From an uncultured Fibrobacterota bacterium (GTDB lineage Bacteria; Fibrobacterota; Chitinivibrionia; Chitinivibrionales; CAYFVL01), in NCBI GenBank assembly GCA_964419255.1, contig CAYQOU010000013.1:3684-67683 (forward strand): DNA of 64,000 nt, read 5' to 3'. Positions within the stretch are counted from its first letter, which is position 1. Every line of letters begins with the position of its first letter. This document shows, in pieces, positions 1-9,039 of the stretch. The translations under genes and the position numbers were made by a program. The notes under the pieces are model-generated. The model was not told the DNA's origin. It did no database searches and saw only the letters and a program-made list of their open reading frames with translations.

Positions 1-1748
1 TTGTAATCTTCCAGCTGCACCAGAGCTCCGCGCAGTTTCATCTCGATATCCTGTCGAATCTGTATGAGCTGTATCAGCTTAACCGCCGAGCTGATCTCGA
101 CCGATAACGATTCAAAAAGATAACTGTCCATCAGGTCAACTTCACACACTATAAATCCCAACTGCTCATTCATGTAAAAAAGCGGTGAGACAACAAACGA
201 GAAACGGTCTTGTGAAGGGAATTGTTCCTTATGAAGTATCTCGGTTGCTTTCATGTAGGGCAGATCCGAGGTTGCGGGAACCTTTCCATATGACATCACC
301 AATTTGACTTTTTCCGAAAACTTCCATTCGTCACAGATCTCATGAATCACAGCAGTATCGTACAGATATACCGCGCAGCTGCTTATGCCCATGCTCTTCA
401 TCTGCGGAACGATTTTTTTCAGGGCTGCATCGGTTTTGTACACCGATACCAGCTGATTTAAAATCACCCTCAGTCCCCGGATATCATTATGATGCACCTC
501 CCATCGCTGCGAATGATATTTCAATGCAGCCTCCATGATTACCACCCTGAGCTGGTGAAAAAGATCTTCCAGCTTGCGCGCATGATCAGGATTGGTGAAA
601 AGAAACTTGTTTCTAATCTCGGTGACCATATTTTGTAAAAGGAGAATATCATTTTCTACAACATCTTTATTACAGAGGATCTCTGAAAATTGTTTTAGAA
701 TACCTCCGCATGCATTATTGAGGTTATCCGATGTCCCATCGAGTTCAAAAATCTGCTTTACACACTGCAGTAACTTCTCTTTATCCAGGGTGATCTTCTG
801 GAGCAGTCCGTTTTCAATCTCTGTGATGCAGTCTGTGGATTTTTCTTCCAGCCGTCTTCCGGAGAGATTTATCGACTGAACGGATTGTGAGAAGCATCCG
901 CACGACTCCCTGATAACAAGCTCGGTGTCAAGGGTTATGTTCTCGGGGGTTTTCCCCCGTATCTGATCCAATGCCATGTGAAAAGCCTGCTTGCCCTGCT
1001 CATAGATAGGCTGTAATACCGTGGTCAGCGACGGGGAGCTGAATTTGGAATTCTGCACGTTATCAAATCCAATCAAAGCCACTTTCGAGGGAACGTCCAC
1101 TCCCTTGCTTTTGAGCGCTTTGAGAGCACTCAACGCCATCTCATCATTTGCCGCGGCGAGCGCATCGAAGGGTGTTTTGCTTGCAAGAAGGTCCTCGATG
1201 GCACAGGAGGCGGAGTAGTGGGTAAAATCTCCCTGAAAGACCAGCTCTTCGGTAAAGGGGATATTGTTTCGTTCGAGAGAATCAAGATAGACCTGATAGC
1301 GTTGCTGGGCCTCGACATTACTTTCCGGTCCGCGGATAAAGGCAATGTTTTTACAGCCGTGATGGTGGATCAGATGATCGAAGGCCTGGAAAAAACCAAC
1401 CGAATTGTCGATCAGCACACTGGGAATGCCATCTATCGGAATAGAGATGCTTACCCGGGGAATACCTTCATATTTTTTATAAAACTGCTCGAATTCTTCC
1501 GAGGATATGAAATTGATCATGGTTCCGGAGGCAATTATCAGCGCATCGATACAGTTTCTGTCGGGCAGTTCGTAGATGGCATTGAACTGATATTGATGCT
1601 CGTAGGGAGCTTTTGGAGATTTGCCCGGGAATACAATCGTGTTGACATCGTGATCTGCGGCCGCGTTAAGCACACCGGTGCACAGGTTTTGCGCATAGGC
1701 GTTTTCAAGCTCCGAGATGAATAATCCAACTGTCGGTCTGCTGTTCAT
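1..1748 (-). CDS. LacI-type (PBP type-1) sugar-binding domain without an HTH, fused to a long signalling region. Partial: the C-terminus lies beyond the window start.
   Basis: My own minus-strand translation from the ATG at 1748 (MNSRPTVGLFISELENAYAQNLCTGVLNAAADHDVNTIVFPGK...) stays open down to position 3 (at least 582 codons, ending ...GALVQLEDY). It is absent from the ORF track because it has no stop inside the window. The first ~300 aa read as a periplasmic-binding-protein fold (NIAFIRGPESNVEAQQRYQVY, ALAAANDEMALSALKALKSKGVDVPSKVALIGFDN). There is no N-terminal HTH, signal peptide or TM segment. The rest is helical/GAF-like, and the output domain is not visible. Confidence 0.6.
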   Translation of the reverse strand, partial: MNSRPTVGLFISELENAYAQNLCTGVLNAAADHDVNTIVFPGKSPKAPYEHQYQFNAIYELPDRNCIDALIIASGTMINFISSEEFEQFYKKYEGIPRVSISIPIDGIPSVLIDNSVGFFQAFDHLIHHHGCKNIAFIRGPESNVEAQQRYQVYLDSLERNNIPFTEELVFQGDFTHYSASCAIEDLLASKTPFDALAAANDEMALSALKALKSKGVDVPSKVALIGFDNVQNSKFSSPSLTTVLQPIYEQGKQAFHMALDQIRGKTPENITLDTELVIRESCGCFSQSVQSINLSGRRLEEKSTDCITEIENGLLQKITLDKEKLLQCVKQIFELDGTSDNLNNACGGILKQFSEILCNKDVVENDILLLQNMVTEIRNKFLFTNPDHARKLEDLFHQLRVVIMEAALKYHSQRWEVHHNDIRGLRVILNQLVSVYKTDAALKKIVPQMKSMGISSCAVYLYDTAVIHEICDEWKFSEKVKLVMSYGKVPATSDLPYMKATEILHKEQFPSQDRFSFVVSPLFYMNEQLGFIVCEVDLMDSYLFESLSVEISSAVKLIQLIQIRQDIEMKLRGALVQLEDY

Positions 1749-2249
1749 ACTTAAAACCCCTTTTAATTACCGCCTGCATTTCGCGTTTCCGAGCGGATGA
1801 GTCACGCAACTCCCCGGGGCAGAAAGGGTAGAGCATTCGCACGCAATACTGACAGATTTGTCCAGGGGATTGCTGCAACCCTCTGCCTTCCCATAGGTTT
1901 GTGCAAATCGACGCGCGAAAAACACTTGATACAGGATACAACCCTACCCTTATCATACCTCTCCGATATAAAATCAACAACATTTAAATTGGCTGCTGCA
2001 TGGATTATTTTATCAGGACATTTATTGCTCTTCAAAGAGAATCATTTTGAAGTAAAAATCCCCTGATTTTTCCTGAGATTGAGGATGCCGAGTGGATGAT
2101 TCGCGCAATCTCTTGAGGGGCCCGAAGGGGTGAGACAAACGCATGGATTACCCTCTGAGTGTCTCCAGGATTGCTGAGGCCCATCTTGGCAGCGAAATTT
2201 CTGTGCAAATCACCGCGATAGAATCGCTGAATTCAAGTACTTTTCACCA

Positions 2250-2948
2250 TTGAGTTACCAGAAGATTATGATAAATTTCAACGACTCACCAAAAGTGATC
2301 GCCTGGAAGAAGGCAATTGAGCAGACCGGATGTACAATCCATTCCATCGACCCGCTGAAAGTGCTTCATAAAGGAAACCGGGACGTTTTGTTTGCGCTGA
2401 TTAAGGCAGATATATCAGCCCCGGATGGGCAGAAGCTTCTTCCCTACGTTTTCATCAGAGGGGATGCGGTGATTGTTGTGCCACTGATCAGAAACTCTGA
2501 CACAGGCGAGGAGCGTTTTCTGATGGTGGAGCAGCGACGCGTGGCAAATGGGGACATCGCACTCGAGTTTCCCGCCGGCATGCTGGATCATCTTGTCGAC
2601 AGCCCACGAAAGGTGGCGGTTCGGGAGCTGGAGGAGGAGACCGGGGTGCGCATCACGGAAGAAGACATTCACAGCCTTGTAGAAAAACCGCTATACAGTT
2701 CGCCGGGAGCCAGTGATGAGGCGATTTATTTCTATGGATGTATAATCGAAATGAATAACGAGCAATTCCAGTCTCTGGAAGGAAGGCTCACCGGGGATAT
2801 TTCGGAGCAGGAGCACATACGGGTAACGTTAAAGTCGCGGGAAGAGGTTCTGCCGGCGATCAGCTCGGTGCAGGTTTATCTGGCATTCGATTTGTTCGAT
2901 CGTTTCTACAGGCATTCGGGCAAGAAAAATGTAAGGGATAATATATGA
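2250..2948 (+). CDS. Nudix hydrolase (ADP-ribose pyrophosphatase-like)
   Basis: 232-aa ORF. A Nudix box is visible (PAGMLDHLVDSPRKVAVRELEEETGV). The start is TTG 2250 or ATG 2268. The stop overlaps the next start (ATGA at 2945-2948). Confidence 0.8.
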   Translation: MSYQKIMINFNDSPKVIAWKKAIEQTGCTIHSIDPLKVLHKGNRDVLFALIKADISAPDGQKLLPYVFIRGDAVIVVPLIRNSDTGEERFLMVEQRRVANGDIALEFPAGMLDHLVDSPRKVAVRELEEETGVRITEEDIHSLVEKPLYSSPGASDEAIYFYGCIIEMNNEQFQSLEGRLTGDISEQEHIRVTLKSREEVLPAISSVQVYLAFDLFDRFYRHSGKKNVRDNI

Positions 2949-4492
2949 AAAGCATTATAGGAAAAGAACATGTCCTCAGGAGTGCATCGCAGATACTTTT
3001 CGACGAATCACGACTGACTGTTGGTATACCCGATGAGGTCTACTATCCCGAATCCGAAGAGGATATGGCCTTCGTGTTTCAAAAGGCCGGAAATGAGAAC
3101 AAATCCATAACCGGAATCGGCGGCCAGACCGGAATCACCGGAAGCGGCGTTCCCGATGAGGGCTGCATCGCGCTGTGCTTCGAGAACATGAACAGTATCC
3201 TTCGTGTGGAAGCTGATGGTGACGGCACCCCGATTCTTGTCTGTCGTCCGGGAATAACTCTCGAATCAATCGAATCGTTTCTTCAGAATCCTTCACAATG
3301 GCCGCAAAGCGTTGCGGGGAGCGAGGGCCTCAAAGCCGGTGGCTGGTTCTACTCCCCCGATCCGACCGAGATGACCGCGCAGCTTGGGGGCTCTGTGGCA
3401 ACAAACGCATCCGGCGCCCGCTCGTTTCGATTCGGCGCGACAAGGAAACACGTGGTATATCTGAAAATGATGCTTTCGACGGGAGCTATGCTCACCATCA
3501 CCCGCGGTGATTATACCATGAATCAGGACGGTGTCGATTTGCGTACAGATGATGGAGCCACGATTCATGTCCCTCCCCTGTCCTACCGGTCTCCCGACAG
3601 CAAGAACGCATCGGGGTATTTTTCTCAGCCGGGCATGGATTGTATCGATCTGTTCATCGGATCAGAGGGTACACTGGGATTTTTCTGTGAAATAGGCATC
3701 CGTCTGCTGCCGAAGCCGGTATTTACCGCAGGGTTGAGCTTTTTTACTTCCCGCACGGATGCGTTTGCGTTTGCCGATATCCTGCGGGCTCGACAGGATG
3801 TCTCGGCCATAGAATACTTCGACTCAACTGCGCTGGATTTTATTGCCCGTCACAAATACGATCTGAACCTGCACCTGCCCGATTTCCCGGTCCGTTCACA
3901 GGCGGCGATTTTCTGGGAGCATGCCGGAAAGGATGAAGAGGAGTTTGAAGAACGTCTCGACGAGTGGGAAATGCATCTGCAGAGCTGCGACTCCACTTTT
4001 GACAACACCTGGAGCGGACTGGAGCCCGCCGAGCGCAGCAGGCTCAGAACGTTTCGCCACGCGATCCCTGAAGCGGTGAATCACATGGTTGCCGAATACA
4101 AGAAGGATGTGCCGGAGATACGTAAAATCGGCACCGACACGGCAGTGCCGGCCGAGGCATTTCAGAGGGTTTTCGACGACTATCTTCACCTGATCCACGA
4201 AAATACCCTTCAGGCGGTGATATTCGGTCATCTGGGCGACTATCATCTGCATTTCAATCTCCTGCCGGCGAGCCGTGAGCAGCTTCAGACGGCACTCTCG
4301 CTCTACGAACGGATGATGAGCATCGCGGTCGATGCCGGCGGCACCATCTCCGCCGAACACGGCATAGGGAAAATAAAGGCCGGGTATCTGGAAAGGATGT
4401 ACGGAGAAGATGGCATCAGGAGTATGAAAGAGGTGAAGAAGGCGCTTGATCCGGGATGGAGACTGAATCGGGGGACGTTGTTTGGGGAGTGA
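2945..4492 (+). CDS. FAD-linked oxidase (GlcD / D-lactate dehydrogenase family)
   Basis: 515-aa ORF. It has an N-terminal FAD-binding region (ITGIGGQTGITGSGVP) and a C-terminal FAD-oxidase signature (TISAEHGIGKIKAGYL...KKALDPGWRLNRG). It is translationally coupled to the Nudix gene. Confidence 0.8.
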   Translation: MKSIIGKEHVLRSASQILFDESRLTVGIPDEVYYPESEEDMAFVFQKAGNENKSITGIGGQTGITGSGVPDEGCIALCFENMNSILRVEADGDGTPILVCRPGITLESIESFLQNPSQWPQSVAGSEGLKAGGWFYSPDPTEMTAQLGGSVATNASGARSFRFGATRKHVVYLKMMLSTGAMLTITRGDYTMNQDGVDLRTDDGATIHVPPLSYRSPDSKNASGYFSQPGMDCIDLFIGSEGTLGFFCEIGIRLLPKPVFTAGLSFFTSRTDAFAFADILRARQDVSAIEYFDSTALDFIARHKYDLNLHLPDFPVRSQAAIFWEHAGKDEEEFEERLDEWEMHLQSCDSTFDNTWSGLEPAERSRLRTFRHAIPEAVNHMVAEYKKDVPEIRKIGTDTAVPAEAFQRVFDDYLHLIHENTLQAVIFGHLGDYHLHFNLLPASREQLQTALSLYERMMSIAVDAGGTISAEHGIGKIKAGYLERMYGEDGIRSMKEVKKALDPGWRLNRGTLFGE

Positions 4493-4578
4493 TTTTTTTC
4501 GGTTCGGAAAAGGACACTTGCTTATGTAACATCGGACTTGAGTCGGCATCCATGCGTTCTATACTACTCTCCAAATCA

Positions 4579-4794
4579 GGGTCGGACCAAGCTAATTCAT
4601 ACAATTATAAGGACTTACTACATGAAACATGCTCATTTTTAGCGCTTAATCAGCCGATTTTCACCCCAAAATGCCTCTCTATCGTGAATATGGAACCGCC
4701 AAAAAAAGGCATAAAACGGCTATTTAATCGCTTATATCTGTGGGGCCACGTGAAGTAAGTTATTATGAATAAACAAATTGCTTTGGTCCGACCC
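4579..4794. repeat. Imperfect palindromic element of ~216 bp (MITE-like or large RNA hairpin)
   Basis: Outer arms are GGGTCGGACCAAGC (4579-4592) and GCTTTGGTCCGACCC (4780-4794), complementary apart from one extra T. Inner arms are AGCGCTTAATCAGCCG (4641-4656) and CGGCTATTTAATCGCT (4717-4732), 13/16 complementary. Both pairs share the same centre (~4686). The element lies between convergent gene ends. Confidence 0.5.
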
Positions 4795-4831
4795 AGTTTC
4801 GCACCTCAACCCAGTTTCGCACCCAGTTTCA
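4791..4831. repeat. Short tandem repeat ACCCAGTTTCGCAC (two full copies plus one partial)
   Basis: ACCCAGTTTCGCAC occurs at 4791-4804 and 4809-4822, followed by CCAGTTTCA at 4823-4831. It directly abuts the right arm of the palindromic element. Confidence 0.6.
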
Positions 4832-4871
4832 ATGGACTGACCGGCACGACCCGTTTTAGGATTTGGATTCA

Positions 4872-5879
4872 TTACTCCCCTTTCAGCCGCAGCTGCTCCA
4901 GGCACGCATCCACAATCGTGTCGATGTAGTCGTACTGCTCCCCTTTTCCCATAACCGCCTTGAATCGATACAATGCCACCGGTATGAATTTACGGTAGCG
5001 GGGTTTGCCTTTATGAATCGAAAGGTTACCGAAGGCTCCCAGCGCCTGTAACAGTCTCTGCATGGCACAGAGGCGAAACGTGTGGGGAGATACATCGTGC
5101 GGACTGCGACTGCAATAGTATGCAAACAACCGCTCTACCATCTGATCATCAAGACCTGCGTTGTATGGATCGTACAGAAGTGATGCCAGATCATACTCAG
5201 CAGGACCAAGCCGCGCCCCCTGGAAATCCACAAACCTCACCCTGCCGTGATGAATGAGTATGTTTTCGGATTGAAAATCCCGATGCATGACCACTTGCGG
5301 CAGATCGGCGCTTGCCGCCGCCAGCCTCTGTCGTTCAGCCTCCCAGCGCTTGTCCAGAAGTTTTTCCAGCCCAAAGTACTCCACCACACAGTGCCGTGCG
5401 AAATAGTCACTCTCCCATTCAAACAACTCCACATCCGTGCTGCGTGAACTGAGTGTTTCAGACACCCCCGCATCCAACGCCTGCCACTTCAGGAGTTGAT
5501 CTATCACATTGCGATAGGCAGCCTCTATATCTTCGGTTTCCTTGTGAAGACGACAATATTCCTTCAGTGTAACCGTGCCCAAATCCTCTTCCAGAATAAG
5601 CCCGTGACGGGCGTCTGCGGCATACACAATCGGCAGTGCATCCGAATACGGCGACAGATCCCGCACGATGGCCAGAAACCGATCCCAGTCGGGATCCATA
5701 CTGTTCCAGACCACAAGGATAAAAGATTTTTCCGGTTTCTGCTCGGGATATACACGAATGAAATGCCTCTCCGAACCTGCCTGTCCGGCACGCTCGGCCC
5801 GCCAGGTCCCCGGATCATATTCTTCCAACGATTCCTTAAGGAATTCTTCCTGTGCCGGAGTCAGTGATAATTTACTCAA
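4872..5879 (-). CDS. amgK: Anomeric MurNAc/GlcNAc kinase-like phosphotransferase (AmgK family, APH fold)
   Basis: 335-aa ORF. The kinase catalytic region MHRDFQSENILIHHGRVRFVDFQGARLGPAEYDLASLLYDPY matches the AmgK/APH pattern (HRD..S.N...DFQ.A..GP..YD..SLL.D). It overlaps the upstream nucleotidyltransferase gene by 8 nt. Confidence 0.7.
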   Translation of the reverse strand: MSKLSLTPAQEEFLKESLEEYDPGTWRAERAGQAGSERHFIRVYPEQKPEKSFILVVWNSMDPDWDRFLAIVRDLSPYSDALPIVYAADARHGLILEEDLGTVTLKEYCRLHKETEDIEAAYRNVIDQLLKWQALDAGVSETLSSRSTDVELFEWESDYFARHCVVEYFGLEKLLDKRWEAERQRLAAASADLPQVVMHRDFQSENILIHHGRVRFVDFQGARLGPAEYDLASLLYDPYNAGLDDQMVERLFAYYCSRSPHDVSPHTFRLCAMQRLLQALGAFGNLSIHKGKPRYRKFIPVALYRFKAVMGKGEQYDYIDTIVDACLEQLRLKGE

Positions 5880-6801
5880 GATTCATTTCTCCCCACGGTG
5901 TAATTATGGCATCTGAATGGCGGGTGTGATCCGAGCTGCTGTCTTCCCAGATAAGGCAGTGATCATAGCTATGTTTTCCCGAAAGGCTCTTCGCATCACA
6001 CCAGCTGTATGGCCCCAGCAGCTGTTTATGCGATTCTACACCCCGGTGATACGCCCGTTTTTTGTCAAAATCACAGACATACTCTTGTGGAAGTGTAAAG
6101 CTGAATTTTTGGTCAAGCATGTCAAAATGGATTTCAGCAAGTGATTGCGGTGTACCGATGTCTCTCCAATACAGGCGTTCGATCTCATGCACAACAACCG
6201 TCATTCCCTCATCGGCGGCTCTCTTCCAGACAGGCACAAGCGAGAAATCATCTTCTTTGACAAGTGAAAGGAATCGTTTGCTGTAGAAGGAAAGCCCGAT
6301 GTAATCTACTCCCTTGCACTGTTGACCTTTACAGTTCTGCCGCGGCAATCCGCGATACTCACCGTTTTGTGTATCCATGCAGATTGAGCCGCTGTCCCTG
6401 GCCGGTGCCGCGATCAGCATACAGTCACTGCCAGAGGCTTTGAAACGTGCTTTCAAATTCTCGAGATCGATATCGGAGAGGATGTCTACGTTTCGTATAC
6501 AGAACGAATCATCACCGGCGAGAAAATCCCGGGCAAAGTAAAGCGCTCCACCCGTGCCCCTGATAGTCTCCTTCTCATGGAAAAGAGTCACCGGGTGCGG
6601 GTAATTGTCGCAGAAGATGGAAATATCATACGGTCTGTAATGGATATTGGCCCCCAATGACGTAAAGCCGGAGGAGGCAAAATCATCGAGCATCCTTCCT
6701 AGCATCGGTATCCCACCAACCGGAACAAGCGCCTTTGGCATATGATAGGTTATGGGGCGGAGACGAGTGCCAAAACCTGCGGCCAAAACAAATCCGATCA
6801 A
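5872..6801 (-). CDS. murU: MurNAc-alpha-1-phosphate uridylyltransferase-like nucleotidyltransferase with a C-terminal extension
   Basis: 309-aa ORF. The N-terminus MIGFVLAAGFGTRLRPITYHMPKALVPVGGIPML is the sugar-1-P nucleotidyltransferase signature. The gene sits between the DUF1343 and AmgK-like genes, overlapping each by 4 and 8 nt. About 70-80 residues extend beyond the usual domain end. Confidence 0.7.
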   Translation of the reverse strand: MIGFVLAAGFGTRLRPITYHMPKALVPVGGIPMLGRMLDDFASSGFTSLGANIHYRPYDISIFCDNYPHPVTLFHEKETIRGTGGALYFARDFLAGDDSFCIRNVDILSDIDLENLKARFKASGSDCMLIAAPARDSGSICMDTQNGEYRGLPRQNCKGQQCKGVDYIGLSFYSKRFLSLVKEDDFSLVPVWKRAADEGMTVVVHEIERLYWRDIGTPQSLAEIHFDMLDQKFSFTLPQEYVCDFDKKRAYHRGVESHKQLLGPYSWCDAKSLSGKHSYDHCLIWEDSSSDHTRHSDAIITPWGEMNLE

Positions 6802-7979
6802 TGTAGTTCCTCTTTGTAATAGGTGACAGAGTCGAACATTTCACTGAATGCAGCAATATCCTGCTTCTGTTTTTCTATCAGATCGCTCAGCTCTCCTCCC
6901 ATCTCGATGCATTTCCTGAATGATTCGTTTCCATAGAGAATATCGATAGGCATATGTACGTGATCATACTCATAGGGTGGTTGTGTGAACGAAAATTTAC
7001 CATCGCTGCTCTGCGCAACCGCCCAGAGAATTGTTATCGTTGTGGTAACCGGAAGATAGGAGCGTGCATCCGTCACATGGATTTGTCCTCCATGACAGTA
7101 CTGCCCTTGCCATTTCTGGAAAGTAGGAATGAAATCATGTTTTCTGAAAATGTATCCACCCAGTTCCTGCTCGTAAAGGATGCGGATAAATTCATCCATG
7201 CGGATGTATGGCGCCCCAAACAGCTCAAACGGTCTGGTGGTTCCCCGCCCCTCCGACACGTTGGTCGCCTCCAGCAGAACCATTCCCGGATAGACAATCG
7301 CGGTTTGCTCGGTGGGCATGTTTGGAGACGGAAGCACCCAGGGCAGACCGGTTTCGTGCCACAGGGAATCTCGCCACCACAGCCGCATCCAGACGACATT
7401 AAGCCTCAGTGACGGAAAATAGGCCTGCTTGAGAAGTTGTGCGATTTCGCCGAATGTCATACGATGACAGAGCGGGATCTGTGCACCGCCGACAAAGGAG
7501 AAGAGTGATTCCTCAAGAAGAGGGCCGTCGAAATCGATCGCCCCGATCGGATTTGGCCTGTCAAGCACCCACACCGGTATGCTCTTTTCGGCACACGCCT
7601 CCATGCACAGCTTAAGCGTCCAGATATAGGTATACGGCCGTGCCCCGACATCCTGAAGGTCGATAACCAGTGCATCGATGTGCTCAAGCATCGAATCGGT
7701 CGGTTTACGGTGATCTCCGTAAAGGCTGAATACAGGAATATCATACAGAGGGTGTTTATACCCTTCCCATTCAATCATGTTATCCTGTGTCTGGCCGAAA
7801 AGCCCATGCTGCGGTCCGAAAACCGCCGAGACATGAAACGCAGGATGAGCCATTAACGCATCCAGTATGTGCGTATAGGCGGAGGTGATACTTGCCGCAT
7901 GGCACAAAACGCCTATTCTTTTACCTCGCAGTGAAGCAGGTGGTTTTTCGAGGAAGATGTCTAAGCCAAACCGTGTCAT
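6798..7979 (-). CDS. namZ: DUF1343 family protein (exo-beta-N-acetylmuramidase NamZ-like)
   Basis: 393-aa ORF. The stretch KRIGVLCHAASITS...FGPQHGLFGQTQDNMIEW...FSLYGDHRKPT...ALVIDLQDVGARPYTYIWTL...VWVLDRPNPIG is how I remember the DUF1343/YbbC family. Confidence 0.7.
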   Translation of the reverse strand: MTRFGLDIFLEKPPASLRGKRIGVLCHAASITSAYTHILDALMAHPAFHVSAVFGPQHGLFGQTQDNMIEWEGYKHPLYDIPVFSLYGDHRKPTDSMLEHIDALVIDLQDVGARPYTYIWTLKLCMEACAEKSIPVWVLDRPNPIGAIDFDGPLLEESLFSFVGGAQIPLCHRMTFGEIAQLLKQAYFPSLRLNVVWMRLWWRDSLWHETGLPWVLPSPNMPTEQTAIVYPGMVLLEATNVSEGRGTTRPFELFGAPYIRMDEFIRILYEQELGGYIFRKHDFIPTFQKWQGQYCHGGQIHVTDARSYLPVTTTITILWAVAQSSDGKFSFTQPPYEYDHVHMPIDILYGNESFRKCIEMGGELSDLIEKQKQDIAAFSEMFDSVTYYKEELH

Positions 7980-8204
7980 AATGCCACCTTGGGTTATTCA
8001 AGGATAGGAGTGGTTTTTGTTATTGCTAAATATACACTGTATACACTTTTCAATGAAACGCGGCTCATTACATTCATGCCAATGCGTAATTTTTAAATAG
8101 TCCATATCAGGATTTTGCATATCCCTGTGAAATGATTTATTTTATAAGACTCGTTTGAAATTGGTTCGGAACATACAGATATTCGGAAAGTAGGTGATTG
8201 CTAC

Positions 8205-8408
8205 ATGAATGGTATCCGAGTGAGAGAGGACGAAGCTTTCGAGAAAGCACTGCGTCGATTCACTAAAACGTGCGAGCGTGCGGGTATTCTTTCAGACGTG
8301 AAGAAGTATCGTCACTATGAAAAACCCAGCGAAGAGCGTAAAAGAAAGCTCAACGCTGCCAAACGCAAGAGTCTGCGTGATGAATCCCGTCGCAGCTATC
8401 GCCGGTGA
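8205..8408 (+). CDS. rpsU: 30S ribosomal protein S21
   Basis: 67-aa ORF, MNGIRVREDEAFEKALRRFTKTCERAGILSDVKKYRHYEKPSEERKRK..., which is a typical bS21 sequence. Confidence 0.95.
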   Translation: MNGIRVREDEAFEKALRRFTKTCERAGILSDVKKYRHYEKPSEERKRKLNAAKRKSLRDESRRSYRR

Positions 8409-8430
8409 GTCTGAACAAAAATCAGCAAAA

Positions 8431-8459
8431 AGCCGTCATTTTTTGGCGGCTTTTTTTTT
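8431..8459. terminator. Rho-independent terminator shared by convergent rpsU and the TrmH-family gene
   Basis: The stem is AGCCGTC (8431-8437) paired with GGCGGCT (8445-8451). A T-run follows on the plus strand (8451-8459) and an A-run precedes it, so the same hairpin is followed by U residues on the minus strand. Confidence 0.6.
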
Positions 8460-9039
8460 ATTCCCCTGCCTGTTTTCCGCCTTTTTCCCACTGTTCCAAC
8501 ACTTTATATCCAATAGCAGCAACTGATGTAGCCACGTTCAGCGAATTTTTAAACCCGTAGGTGGGGATTTCTATCAGGCGGTCACACATATGCATAACCT
8601 CCTGACTCACCCCCAGCGCTTCGTTACCAAACACCAGGGCAACCGGCTGAGGGTAGGTCTGGGTGTGATAGCTGTGGGAGTGTGAGGTCGTTTCCGCCGC
8701 CCAGACCGGGATATTCTGTGACTTGAGGAATTTTACCGCCTCCTGAGCAGTATCGAAGTGGCGCCAGGGCACATATTCTATAGTCCCCAGCGAGGTCTTC
8801 TCCAGCTTTTTGTGGGGAGGATATGCGGTATACCCGCAGAGAAACAGACCCAAAACACGCATCGTGTCGCATAATCTGAAAATCGATCCGACGTTAAACG
8901 CGCTCCTCAGATTGTCCAGTACAATGTACAACGGATGTTTCGGCAAAACGCTGTATTCTTCGAGACTGATGGACAGATCAAAGCTCCTCACCTCGAAGCT
9001 TGTTTCCATATCGCCGATTCGTTGTCTCCCCCGCCCCAT
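8458..9039 (-). CDS. SpoU/TrmH-family RNA 2'-O-methyltransferase
   Basis: 193-aa ORF. SpoU motifs are present: LDNLRSAFNVGSIFRLCD, ALVFGNEALGVS and IEIPTYGFKNSLNVATSVAAIGY. The start codon directly abuts the stop of the MFS gene. Confidence 0.8.
   Translation of the reverse strand: MGRGRQRIGDMETSFEVRSFDLSISLEEYSVLPKHPLYIVLDNLRSAFNVGSIFRLCDTMRVLGLFLCGYTAYPPHKKLEKTSLGTIEYVPWRHFDTAQEAVKFLKSQNIPVWAAETTSHSHSYHTQTYPQPVALVFGNEALGVSQEVMHMCDRLIEIPTYGFKNSLNVATSVAAIGYKVLEQWEKGGKQAGE

Noticed and set aside
1021-2066. Track ORFs on both strands (1021-1218 +, 1218-1724 + 168 aa, 1130-1345 -, 1538-1729 -, 1705-1983 -, 1797-2066 +)
   Set aside because: The ORFs between 1021 and 1748 are shadow frames of the long minus-strand PBP-domain gene, which stays open across the whole interval and has recognisable motifs. 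The ORFs at 1749-2066 lie in the divergent promoter region, lack an SD and have odd composition.
1749-2249. 500-nt divergent intergenic region, including a GGCAGA..GGGT / ACCCTCTGCC long-range pairing; examined for a riboswitch or ncRNA
   Set aside because: I could not match it to any RNA class I can recognise by eye (c-di-GMP, TPP, SAM, cobalamin, 6S, etc.). A single possible stem is not evidence. An Infernal/Rfam scan would be needed.
3293-4604. Antisense and out-of-frame ORFs inside the FAD-oxidase gene, for example 3896-4549 - (217 aa)
   Set aside because: They overlap a gene with clear family motifs. Their translations are Arg/Pro/His-rich with no motifs, as expected for shadow ORFs in GC-moderate coding DNA.
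4456-4758. 100-aa plus-strand ORF in the gap after the FAD-oxidase gene
   Set aside because: It runs through the palindromic element, has no SD and has a non-protein-like composition. The DNA symmetry explains the sequence better than coding does.
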